From a virus: a stretch of 10,948 nt of DNA. Made by a program: the position numbers and the translations under genes. The DNA is taken from UHGV virus genome UHGV-0238331. One strand, given 5' to 3'. Below are positions 1 to 6,923 of this stretch, piece after piece. The notes below the pieces were generated by a model. It was not told the origin of the DNA, searched no databases, and worked only from the letters and a program-made list of their open reading frames with translations. Positions within the stretch are counted from its first letter, which is position 1, and every line of letters starts with the position of its first letter.

Positions 1-284
1 TCGGCCTGCGCACGCGTAAGTCGATGGCGTTCGTACTCAATAGTCCCTGGCTGGAGATCTGTCTCGCTGGCCTGCCGCAGTTCTTCAACTTCCCGGCGCA
101 GCTTTTCGTTCTCAATTTCAGCATCCCTTTCGGCATACCATTTTATGGCGGCGGCAGAGTCATAAAGCACTTCATTACCCTTGCCACCACCCCGCAGAAC
201 GGGCATTCCCTGCTCCTGCCAGTTCTGAATGGTACGGATACTCGCGCCGAAAATGTCAGCCAGCTGCTTTTTGTTGACTTCCAT
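1..284 (-). CDS. nu1: Terminase small subunit, lambda Nu1-type; 3' end lies beyond the window start
   Basis: Minus-strand translation from ATG (complement of 282-284) reads [74 protein letters not shown]..., near-identical to the lambda Nu1 N-terminus as I recall it. Frame stays open to position 1. Absent from the ORF track because no stop codon lies in the window. Confidence 0.93.
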   Translation of the reverse strand, partial: MEVNKKQLADIFGASIRTIQNWQEQGMPVLRGGGKGNEVLYDSAAAIKWYAERDAEIENEKLRREVEELRQASETDLQPGTIEYERHRLTRAQA

Positions 285-285
285 T

Positions 286-480
286 GTTCATTCCACGGAC
301 AAAAACAGAGAAAGGAAACGACAGAGGCCAAAAAGCTCGCTTTCAGCACCTGTCGCTTCCTTTCTTTTCAGAGGGTATTTTAAATAAAAACATTAAGTTA
401 TGACGAAGAAGAACGGAAACGCCTTAAACCGGAAAATTTTCATAAATAGCGAAAACCCGCGCGCCTTCCGCCCCGTAGCC
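286..480. other. cos region: cosB-like terminase/IHF binding region (about 286-455) and cosN-equivalent (about 455-480)
   Basis: Reverse complement of 286-461 is almost base-for-base the start of the lambda genome as I recall it (CGCGGGTTTTCGCTATTTATGAAAATTTTCCGGTTTAAGGCGTTTCCGTTCTTCTTCGTCATAACTTAATG...), directly upstream of nu1. The 12-nt cohesive-end equivalent (complement of 462-473) reads GGGCGGAAGGCG versus lambda GGGCGGCGACCT. Confidence 0.7.
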
Positions 481-555
481 TGCCGGATCGCCGGAAAGGA
501 CCCGCAGGCGTTCTGGTTTATTCGCAATGAATTCAATGTCTGACAGACCTGCGTC

Positions 556-573
556 GTGCGACCATGGTCGCAC
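556..573. repeat. Perfect 18-bp palindrome GTGCGACCATGGTCGCAC (copy 1)
   Basis: Read directly from the sequence; the site is its own reverse complement. It lies in non-coding DNA between the DUF4406-like gene and cos. Confidence 0.8.
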
Positions 574-676
574 AGCAATGAATCAACATCCTGCATGCTC
601 GCGCAGAGGAGTTCCCCGTCGGGCTACGGTCATGGTTAATGCGGAAATACGGCGACGATGCAGCGCGGTATTTAAT

Positions 677-694
677 GTGCGACCACGGTCGCAC
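677..694. repeat. Near-perfect 18-bp palindrome GTGCGACCACGGTCGCAC (copy 2)
   Basis: Same 8-bp arms as copy 1, with only the central dinucleotide differing. Centres are about 121 bp apart. Confidence 0.8.
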
Positions 695-713
695 ACGAGA
701 AACAAAGAGATTT

Positions 714-1025
714 TTATGCTACAGAGGAACAAGCTGGCGGGTAATTCAGCGTAGTGAATACCGGCATCTCCATCTTGTATGCGTAATGATACTCAGCAGT
801 TGCTCCAGCAGACGCTTTCCAGCCAGGAAGCATCAAAATAGCATCAGCACAACGAAGCATTGCAAAGCAAATATCCATGTATTCACGTTGTGTCAGACCA
901 TTAGGCAAAGTGGCTGGATTCAAGACAGAGTGACCATGTCGTGACAAACGATCTGCCTCTTTATTAAAGGCGTCACGATTAAAGTTCTCATATCCCGTCA
1001 TTGGCCCGGCAATATAAATTTTCAT
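714..1025 (-). CDS. DUF4406-like (nucleoside 2-deoxyribosyltransferase-like fold) protein, 103 aa
   Basis: ORF begins MKIYIAGPMTGYENFN...VLNPA...ADAILMLPGWKASAGATAEY, the pattern I associate with DUF4406 proteins. Co-oriented and 41 bp downstream of Rz. Family assignment is from memory. Confidence 0.55.
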   Translation of the reverse strand: MKIYIAGPMTGYENFNRDAFNKEADRLSRHGHSVLNPATLPNGLTQREYMDICFAMLRCADAILMLPGWKASAGATAEYHYAYKMEMPVFTTLNYPPACSSVA

Positions 1026-1066
1026 TCACTATCCAATAAATTGAGCTCGTTTTTGATACAGAGGGA

Positions 1067-1504
1067 TTAATTCAGGCATTGCGTCTTGATGTATTCCTGC
1101 AAGTAGTTAACCTGCGCAGTTATCCTGTCGATCCCACTTCGGAGACGGTAATAATTGAGTTCAGCATCTGCTGTAAGTCTTGGGCTTTCTCCATTGCCCA
1201 TGCCGCTGGCTCCGGTCGTTGACTTTGCACAGGTGGCGGCGACTTGCAGGCGCTTACGCCCAGCAGAAACATCAGCACGGAGGCTTTCGATAGTCGCGTT
1301 AGCATCAGCAAGCTCCTTTGTATATCTGGCATCGAGTTCTGCTACGTCACGTTGACGCTTCTCCATATCAGCGATTGTGGATGTGGCTTTATCGCGCTGC
1401 TCTTTGTAGGCGATGGCGTTATCACGGTAATGATTAACAGCCCACGACAGGCAGACGATGATGCAGATAACCAGAGCGGAGATAATCGCGGTTACCCTGC
1501 TCAT
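1067..1504 (-). CDS. Rz: Spanin inner-membrane subunit Rz (i-spanin)
   Basis: [31 protein letters not shown]... matches the lambda Rz N-terminus. Start chosen at the ATG at 1504, which forms an ATGA overlap with the R stop; the track's upstream start at 1516 would add 4 residues. Confidence 0.9.
   Translation of the reverse strand: MSRVTAIISALVICIIVCLSWAVNHYRDNAIAYKEQRDKATSTIADMEKRQRDVAELDARYTKELADANATIESLRADVSAGRKRLQVAATCAKSTTGASGMGNGESPRLTADAELNYYRLRSGIDRITAQVNYLQEYIKTQCLN
1120..1305 (-). CDS. Rz1: Spanin outer-membrane lipoprotein Rz1 (o-spanin), embedded in the +1 frame of Rz
   Basis: Embedded ORF with a signal peptide and lipobox ([20 protein letters not shown]), then a proline-rich segment ([18 protein letters not shown]) and an NSIITVSE motif resembling lambda Rz1. 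Start is taken at the internal Met preceding the signal peptide. Confidence 0.7.
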   Translation of the reverse strand: MLTRLSKASVLMFLLGVSACKSPPPVQSQRPEPAAWAMEKAQDLQQMLNSIITVSEVGSTG

Positions 1505-1998
1505 TGTTGACCCCACAAACAGACTTCACGCTCAATCTCACGACGAGTCATCAGGCCTTTCCATTGCTTACCGCCAGCATATATCCAGCGACGTAGCTGA
1601 TCACACGCACCTTTGATATCGCCCTGGTTTATTTTGCGAAGAAGCGTCGATGTTCTGAAATTACCAGCGCCCACGTTGTAAACGAACGAGTAAAGAGCGC
1701 CGCGCGTTGTTTCCGGTATATCGACTTTGATGTACGGGTTAATTTGTCTGGCGACCGTGGCAAGGTCTTTATTCAGGAGGGCTTTGCATTCTGCTTCGGT
1801 ATACGTTTTACCGGGAATGATGTCTTTTCCGGTGTGTCCGTGACATACAGTCCATACGCCAACGATATCTTTGTATGGTATGTAGCTGACACCTTCCAGA
1901 CCATCGTCACCACTCGGACCAGTGATGAGCACAGACGCTATGGCAACAGCCCCACCACCAATAGCAGCAGCAACAGCCTTGCGTAATGATGGCGACAT
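1501..1998 (-). CDS. R: SAR endolysin (T4-lysozyme-like muramidase with N-terminal signal-anchor-release domain), phage-21 R type
   Basis: N-terminal Gly/Ala-rich weakly hydrophobic SAR segment ([20 protein letters not shown]) followed by a lysozyme core ([24 protein letters not shown]...). Near-identical to phage 21 R as I recall it. Start overlaps the S stop (TAATG). Confidence 0.92.
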   Translation of the reverse strand: MSPSLRKAVAAAIGGGAVAIASVLITGPSGDDGLEGVSYIPYKDIVGVWTVCHGHTGKDIIPGKTYTEAECKALLNKDLATVARQINPYIKVDIPETTRGALYSFVYNVGAGNFRTSTLLRKINQGDIKGACDQLRRWIYAGGKQWKGLMTRREIEREVCLWGQQ

Positions 1999-2213
1999 TA
2001 TTCACCTCTCGCAGCCTTACGCTTATCTTCTTTAATCTTGAAATAAAGGTTTGTCAGATACGTCAGCAGGCCAAACACCAGACTACCCAGCACACCTATT
2101 GCCGCCCACTGTGAGGGCGTGACTTTATCGAGCAGCTGTAAAAACCAGTAACCGGCACTACCTGCTGAGGTGCCATAGGCGACACCCGTTGTTAACTTAT
2201 CCATGGATTTCAT
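1998..2213 (-). CDS. S: Pinholin, phage-21 S type, with dual-start motif
   Basis: 71 aa, MKSMDK... gives two starts (Met1 and Met4) as in the S21 71/68 antiholin/holin pair. Two transmembrane segments ([18 protein letters not shown] and [23 protein letters not shown]) and a basic C-terminus ([13 protein letters not shown]). Confidence 0.9.
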
Positions 2214-2246
2214 AACCCCACCTCGCAGATGCGGGTGCTGTGTAAT

Positions 2247-2273
2247 GGAAATAAAAAGGCCACCTGCGTGGCC
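2247..2273 (-). terminator. Rho-independent terminator immediately after the methyltransferase gene
   Basis: Minus-strand RNA has a GGCCAC-GCAG-GUGGCC hairpin (2258-2273) followed by UUUUUAUUUCC. Sits between the methyltransferase stop (2280) and the S start (2213). Confidence 0.5.
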
Positions 2274-2279
2274 ACCAGA

Positions 2280-3332
2280 TTATTTCCCCACCAGCTCGTT
2301 TATCTCTTTCACTGTCTGGTTAAACCGCTCTGACTCAAGCTCAACACCTAAGGCCCGACGCCCCAGCGCCATTGCTGCTTTTATTGTGGAACCGGATCCC
2401 ATAAAGAAATCAGCAACCAGATCACCAGGTCGACTACTGGCATTGATTATTTGCCGGAGCATATCCGCCGGTTTCTCGCACGGATGTTTACCCGGGTAGA
2501 ACTGAACGGGCTTATGCGTCCAGACATCGGTATAAGGCACGGAGACTGATACGGAGAAATAGCGCCGGAGAGATTTAAACTCATCCAGCAATTCAGAATA
2601 TTTGCGATTCAGTGAATCATAAGATGCCACCAGCTGGTGGTGTGGTTGTTCCAGTTGTTGTTCCTGAAACTTCTCTGCCGCTATACGGGAAAACAGTGCC
2701 TGTAACTTCCGATAGTCAGCCTCATTCGGCAACTGCCACTGACTGGCACCAAACCAGTGGGAAACCATATTTTTCTTACCTGTAGCTTCGGCAATTTGTT
2801 TTGCCGTTATACCCAGTTCGGCACGAGCATCCCTGAAATACGATATCAGCGGTGCCATTATGTGCTGTTTGAGTTCCCTTTCTTTTGCCGCATAGCCGTC
2901 ATTTTTGGGCTGGTATGGCCCCTGATAATGTTCGGCAAACAGAATGCGCTCTGTTGCCGGGAAATACGCCCGCAGGCTTTCCTTGTTGCACCTGTTCCAG
3001 CGTCCTGACGGCTTCGCCCAGATAATGTGATTCAGCACATTAAAGCGTTCACGCATCATAATTTCGGTGTCAGATGCCAGGCGATGACCACAGAACAGGT
3101 AAAGACTTCCGGCGGGCTTCAGTACCCGCCAGAACTGCGCCAGACACTGGTCCAGCCATTTCAGGTAATCATCGTCCCCCTTCCACTGGTTATCCCAGCT
3201 CTCGGGCTTCACTTTAAAGTATGGCGGGTCTGTGACTATCAGATCGACAGAGTTTTCCGGTAAGGTCTGGATAAATTCCAGGCAATCAGCGTTGATTAAC
3301 TCACAACTGGATATTTTTACAGTATTAGCCAT
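2280..3332 (-). CDS. DNA methyltransferase, beta-class order (DPPY before the SAM motif); N6-adenine or N4-cytosine
   Basis: 350 aa. Motif IV DPPY near the N-terminus (DLIVTDPPYF) and motif I near the C-terminus (DLVADFFMGSGST), with a roughly 200-aa central region presumed to recognise the target. Located between Q/pR' and the lysis cassette. Confidence 0.85.
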   Translation of the reverse strand: MANTVKISSCELINADCLEFIQTLPENSVDLIVTDPPYFKVKPESWDNQWKGDDDYLKWLDQCLAQFWRVLKPAGSLYLFCGHRLASDTEIMMRERFNVLNHIIWAKPSGRWNRCNKESLRAYFPATERILFAEHYQGPYQPKNDGYAAKERELKQHIMAPLISYFRDARAELGITAKQIAEATGKKNMVSHWFGASQWQLPNEADYRKLQALFSRIAAEKFQEQQLEQPHHQLVASYDSLNRKYSELLDEFKSLRRYFSVSVSVPYTDVWTHKPVQFYPGKHPCEKPADMLRQIINASSRPGDLVADFFMGSGSTIKAAMALGRRALGVELESERFNQTVKEINELVGK

Positions 3333-3468
3333 AGATCAATAAGCGCTTCTCTGATAGGCTCATACCGCTTTTGCGCAAAGCAGATGGGCCTGAGGTTTGC
3401 TTGTGACCCCAACGCATGAGCAGATGGCTGGCAGGTGCCGCTAACACCCACCAGCCGCCCATTACCAC

Positions 3469-3496
3469 AAATTAAAAAGCCTTCACTGCGGAAGGC
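3469..3496 (-). terminator. Rho-independent terminator overlapping the 3' end of the small ORF
   Basis: Minus-strand RNA has a GCCUUC-CGCAGU-GAAGGC hairpin (3479-3496) followed by UUUUUAAUUU. Confidence 0.45.
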
Positions 3497-3680
3497 GTCT
3501 GTAACAACCGAACTGATAATCTGCCAGACCCGCCATAACAAGCTGGGTCAGTATTAACTGGCAGCGTTCACGTGAAAGGTAAGTATTCTGCGCAATTTCC
3601 CCGACGGTCGCTGGTTCGGTGACACTTAATTCATTAAATACCACTCTGGCGGTTTCGGTCATATCCTGCTGTTTTAGCAT
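3483..3680 (-). CDS. Hypothetical small protein (65 aa), possible winged-helix DNA-binding fold
   Basis: MLKQQDMTETARVVFNELSVTEPATVGEIAQNTYLSRERCQLILTQLVMAGLADYQFGCYRRLPQ. A purine-rich AAGGGAAAAAGAC stretch precedes the ATG at 3680. The track's longer 123-aa version would start inside the tR'-like terminator, so the shorter start is preferred. Confidence 0.35.
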   Translation of the reverse strand: MLKQQDMTETARVVFNELSVTEPATVGEIAQNTYLSRERCQLILTQLVMAGLADYQFGCYRRLPQ

Positions 3681-3803
3681 GTCTTTTTCCCTTTTCTGGT
3701 TAACGTGACATACCAATAACTCTTGTCGAAAAAGCCAGCAAGCTGAAAGACCTGTATTCGCAACCACCAGCGCGTTTAACGTTCTGTGCTGTTTTTCGGA
3801 CAC

Positions 3804-3826
3804 AAAAAAACCCGCCTGGTGACGGG
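3804..3826 (-). terminator. tR'-like intrinsic terminator downstream of the late promoter
   Basis: Minus-strand RNA has a CCCGUC-ACCA-GGCGGG hairpin (6 bp including one G-U pair) followed by seven U. It lies about 60 nt downstream of the pR'-like promoter. Confidence 0.55.
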
Positions 3827-3868
3827 CTGTAAAAATTCTTCTAACGTCAGGCATAAAACGCCCATCGT

Positions 3869-3904
3869 TAGTGCGAATTTACCACGGATTCGGGAAAAAT
3901 CAAC
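3869..3904 (-). promoter_or_regulatory. Late promoter pR'-like, with the Q-utilisation region expected just downstream
   Basis: On the minus strand: TTGATT (-35, complement of 3898-3903), 16-bp spacer, TAAATT (-10, complement of 3876-3881), then CGCACTAACGATGGGCG, resembling lambda pR' (TAAATT followed by TGACTCAACGATGGG). Begins 5 bp after the Q stop. Confidence 0.55.
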
Positions 3905-3908
3905 AACA

Positions 3909-4730
3909 CTATCGCGTTACCCTCTTTAACTGCCGCTCCGCCCATGCCTCCTCAATGTCAAACCGAACCACCAACGTATCGTAAAAACGCTTCACTGATT
4001 TTTTCCACGTATCAAGAGTGATAGCGCTCGTCACTTTGCATATGGCATTAAACGCCTCTGTTGACGGCAATCTTTCATAGCCACGACCACCACAACGCTG
4101 GCAGTCTCTGATAACAGGCATACCACGTTTTACCGACTCTTCACGATGAATGGCGACACCACGCCCACGGCAATCCTTACAGGCGGTGGAGACCTCACCC
4201 TTTCCCCCGCATTCAGGACAGGCAACTTTTACCACTTCCCGGACTTTTTTCCATTCTTCCCAGTAAGACGGATACACACCCTTTGTACACTTTGCCCATA
4301 CCGGCGGTTTACCATCCGGATACTGGACCTTGTTTGTAAAAACTACGCTTTCAATAAATTTTTCCCCATGGCAACAAGGGCACTGCTTTTTACTCGCTGC
4401 GCTGCGGGCATAATCCTCAAAAGCATACGAAGCCATAATGCGCATCACTGCCGGTTTTATTTCTGCCGGAAGTTTTCTTAACGCCGCCACGCGATCGCAC
4501 TGACTTAATGCATAATCTGCCAGTAATTCTGTTGCCCGCGCCCTGTCATTCATACTAATGCCCATTTTCCCCAGGAACGCAGAAAATCCCATCTCAGCAC
4601 GGTTTTGTGTCATACCCTGCGCAGCCATCACATCAGTGATACTCAGCGTATCTTTTGACGTCGAGACGGATGCATCAGTCAGGCCAGGCGATTTTGGGGA
4701 GTAGTATTTCGGTAAATCTTCCAGCTTCAT
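3909..4730 (-). CDS. Q: Late-gene antiterminator Q (lambda Q family) with an expanded zinc-finger region
   Basis: 273 aa. Clear blocks of similarity to lambda Q (207 aa) from memory: YSPKSP, TDVMAAQGM, ASYAFEDYARSAA, CQRCGGRGYERLPSTEAF, FYDTLVV. Start forms an ATGA overlap with the rusA stop. Confidence 0.85.
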   Translation of the reverse strand: MKLEDLPKYYSPKSPGLTDASVSTSKDTLSITDVMAAQGMTQNRAEMGFSAFLGKMGISMNDRARATELLADYALSQCDRVAALRKLPAEIKPAVMRIMASYAFEDYARSAASKKQCPCCHGEKFIESVVFTNKVQYPDGKPPVWAKCTKGVYPSYWEEWKKVREVVKVACPECGGKGEVSTACKDCRGRGVAIHREESVKRGMPVIRDCQRCGGRGYERLPSTEAFNAICKVTSAITLDTWKKSVKRFYDTLVVRFDIEEAWAERQLKRVTR

Positions 4731-5107
4731 TTATTGACCTGCCCGTCATGCATTATTTCGTAAATTTTCACGCCCAGTCGACCACCAGGAACGAGCTGAC
4801 CGCGCACTATATTGATTTCGTCAAACTGCTCATCGTCGATAAGCAGTCCTGCATGTGTCAGTGCATCCAGTGGTGCCTTCAGGATATTGTCCAGGTCGCG
4901 GCGGCGCTTATCCGGTGGCTCTGCAATAATCCTGATTGCCAATCTACCGGACAGATTTAATTTCAGTCGCTGCTGGCGAACAATAAGCGCCACATCCCGG
5001 CGATAACGCTCACCGACTTTTGATACAAAATATACGCCACCACGACGGCGCCAGTAGGTGTTCACCGACGGCGGGTAAGGCAAAACAAATTCCATGCGCT
5101 CAGTCAT
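4727..5107 (-). CDS. rusA: RusA-family Holliday junction resolvase
   Basis: 126 aa; LPYPPSVNTYWRRRGG...PDKRRRDLDNILKAPLDALTHAGLLIDDEQ... matches the RusA signature including the conserved RRRDLDN motif. Confidence 0.9.
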   Translation of the reverse strand: MTERMEFVLPYPPSVNTYWRRRGGVYFVSKVGERYRRDVALIVRQQRLKLNLSGRLAIRIIAEPPDKRRRDLDNILKAPLDALTHAGLLIDDEQFDEINIVRGQLVPGGRLGVKIYEIMHDGQVNK

Positions 5108-6166
5108 TTATGCTTTCCACTTCAGGACACCCGAATTTCTCGCGTGCATTAAAAAACGAATCAGCAACAACAGCTGGCTGCCGTGTTTTTCTTCAAAATC
5201 TTTTACCCCGGCGTGCAGTTCGTTATGACATTTACGGCACAGCGGAATAACAAACAAATCGTCAGCCTTTGTTCCCATTCCTCCCAGTCCATGACCAATG
5301 ATGTGATGCGGATCATCTGCCTGATTGCCACAAGTCATGCATTTCTGCGTTTTTACCCAGCGCGTGTATACGGGCATCTCTTCCCGCTGTGGTTTCTGAC
5401 GCTGGAGATACTGAGCCGGAGAATCCGGATCAACGGCAATGCTGACCACCGTCTTTTCCTGTTGTGGGTTCTGTTGCTGGTGGACGTGAGGTGGTAGCGC
5501 AATATTTTTTGTGCGCTGCTTCAGTATGCTGGTAGCTGTCTGCTCTCCCGGAATGATGTCGCTTTCGCGGTATACGGAGAGGATTTTTTCACCCGGACGT
5601 TTCAGGATTCGACGCGCCATATTTTCGGTCATGGCATCCACCACATCATTGACAGCAGCCCAGCAGTACAATTCAGCCAGTGATAACTCCCGCTCCTGCG
5701 CGCCATTTATTGCGTGACGGATGGCGTCAATTATCCAGGTTGCCAGATTTTGTTGAGCAAGCTGCCCGAGTGATTCCGATGTCTGGTCACGCAGTTGGTT
5801 GTCGCAGTGCCAGCACAACACCATCGCGCCTGTACCGTAACGATGTATGACGGTTTCGCTGTGATGGTAGTCACCATGAGGCCACTGGCAGAATTTAACA
5901 TGACGCAGGAGCCAGTCAGACAGTGCACCAGCGCCGCCAGCAGCACGAATCACCCGTTCGTCGCTGAAAAATGGCAGCAATGATTTATCTTCCGCCAGCG
6001 GCTGGCGAACGGCAGGAACAACTCCGGACGGCAGACCGCGCATGCTTTTCGGTTCCGGCTCCACCAGCACTCGAGGGTTATGAAATACCTGCATGGATTC
6101 ACGACCAGGCTTAAAGACCACCAGCCCGAGTTCCGGTACCGGAACAGGTCGAAGTAATACCCGCAC
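5108..6166 (-). CDS. DUF968-like prophage protein with HNH-type Cys/His motifs (YdfU-like)
   Basis: 352 aa. C-terminal CMTCGNQADDPHHIIGHGLGG...CRKCHNELH and a second, similar central segment HHSETVIHRYGTGAMVLCWHCDN. The position just upstream of rusA/Q is typical for such nin-region genes. Family name is from memory, and the true start may be an internal Met. Confidence 0.5.
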   Translation of the reverse strand: MRVLLRPVPVPELGLVVFKPGRESMQVFHNPRVLVEPEPKSMRGLPSGVVPAVRQPLAEDKSLLPFFSDERVIRAAGGAGALSDWLLRHVKFCQWPHGDYHHSETVIHRYGTGAMVLCWHCDNQLRDQTSESLGQLAQQNLATWIIDAIRHAINGAQERELSLAELYCWAAVNDVVDAMTENMARRILKRPGEKILSVYRESDIIPGEQTATSILKQRTKNIALPPHVHQQQNPQQEKTVVSIAVDPDSPAQYLQRQKPQREEMPVYTRWVKTQKCMTCGNQADDPHHIIGHGLGGMGTKADDLFVIPLCRKCHNELHAGVKDFEEKHGSQLLLLIRFLMHARNSGVLKWKA

Positions 6167-6167
6167 G

Positions 6168-6446
6168 TTACCTCCAGATGCGTTGCTGGAATGTACGGGA
6201 CGGACGCGGTTGGCGTTCGGAGTAAGGCAATCTGACTGAGATTATCCAATGTCGGAAGTCAAGACTGAGGTCTTTCTGAAACTCGTACCCACGCCTGCGG
6301 TAGTTCTGAATCAGCCATTCGGCCTGTTCTTCAGTGCATGGGGCGTGCTGGAACCAGTCAGATTTGAATGCATGAGAACGCCGCCCGTGCCTGCTGGCAA
6401 AGACGGCTGAATTATCAGAATTGTGTAGTCTGGAATTTTGCGCCAT
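6168..6446 (-). CDS. Hypothetical basic protein, 92 aa
   Basis: ORF with a GGAGAAA Shine-Dalgarno before the ATG; its stop lies 1 nt before the start of the downstream gene. Arg-rich; no family recognised. Confidence 0.4.
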   Translation of the reverse strand: MAQNSRLHNSDNSAVFASRHGRRSHAFKSDWFQHAPCTEEQAEWLIQNYRRRGYEFQKDLSLDFRHWIISVRLPYSERQPRPSRTFQQRIWR

Positions 6447-6512
6447 CGGCTTTCTCCGGTGGCACAGTGTTACTCAACAGGGGTTCAGCCCTGCGCTGAA
6501 TTGTAGATGAAT

Positions 6513-6776
6513 TCACTCATCTTCAAAAGCAGAAAAACCAGCCTTAATCCCAGCTTCTTTCAGAGACGGCAACGATGTGACAAATTCATTTGCACGCAAA
6601 ATAAAACCATCCGTCACAAGCCCATCCACCAAATGAATTAACGCAGCTCCACTCTTCCTTTGTTGAGACTGTAAACATTTAATACGGCAGTGGCTGACAA
6701 TAGCGCCATTCTCAACGCGCACAGTATAGAGGCCATCTTCACTAAAAATTTCACGTAATTCTTCGATTTTCATCAA
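6513..6776 (-). CDS. Hypothetical protein, 87 aa
   Basis: ORF preceded by a GGAAGGA Shine-Dalgarno; first gene after the promoter-like element at 6850-6886. No family recognised. Confidence 0.45.
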   Translation of the reverse strand: MMKIEELREIFSEDGLYTVRVENGAIVSHCRIKCLQSQQRKSGAALIHLVDGLVTDGFILRANEFVTSLPSLKEAGIKAGFSAFEDE

Positions 6777-6849
6777 CAGAATCCTTCCAGATAAATAGCA
6801 CTCCCCTGTTCGGGGTCCATCCCTCTTCTCCCTGCGCGCTACTTAAGTA

Positions 6850-6886
6850 TTTTTGATTCTATTCCGGCACCATCCAAAACTTCAAA
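6850..6886 (-). promoter_or_regulatory. Candidate sigma70 promoter for the 87-aa ORF and downstream genes
   Basis: On the minus strand: TTGAAG (complement of 6880-6885), 18-bp spacer, TAGAAT (complement of 6856-6861). Lies immediately after the strong terminator and about 75 bp upstream of the ORF. Confidence 0.3.
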
Positions 6887-6896
6887 CGCGTTGAAA

Positions 6897-6923
6897 ATAA
6901 AAACAAAAACCCGCCGAAGCGGG
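6897..6923 (-). terminator. Strong rho-independent terminator ending the AT-rich moron transcript
   Basis: Minus-strand RNA has a CCCGC-UUCG-GCGGG hairpin (UUCG tetraloop, 6910-6923) followed by UUUUUGUUUUUAUUUU. Confidence 0.75.

Noticed and set aside
24-383. Plus-strand 119-aa ORF overlapping the nu1 and cos region
   Set aside because: It is the antisense shadow of the well-supported Nu1 reading frame and of a cos region near-identical to lambda non-coding DNA, with no independent support.
527-944. Plus-strand ORFs (75 aa and 101 aa) across the palindrome region and into the DUF4406-like gene
   Set aside because: They are Arg/Cys-rich with low-complexity composition typical of spurious frames, overlap a better-supported minus-strand gene, and run against the orientation of every supported gene in the window.
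1155-1510. Plus-strand ORFs inside Rz, and other plus-strand ORFs in the track (for example 2203-2499, 2757-3263, 4146-4481, 5183-5717, 7848-8156, 10226-10548)
   Set aside because: All lie antisense to long minus-strand genes with recognisable homology or motifs. None has a convincing ribosome-binding site or recognisable domain.
3483-3854. The 123-aa version of the small ORF downstream of pR'
   Set aside because: The 5' extension would begin inside the tR'-like terminator hairpin and U-tract. The internal ATG at 3680 with an upstream purine-rich stretch gives a more plausible 65-aa protein, and even that call is low-confidence.
6168-6446. Possibility that the 92-aa ORF is a YbcO/DUF1364-type zinc nuclease, as found near rusA in some cryptic prophages
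   Set aside because: The protein has a single Cys and lacks the Cys/His cluster expected for that family, so it is left as hypothetical.
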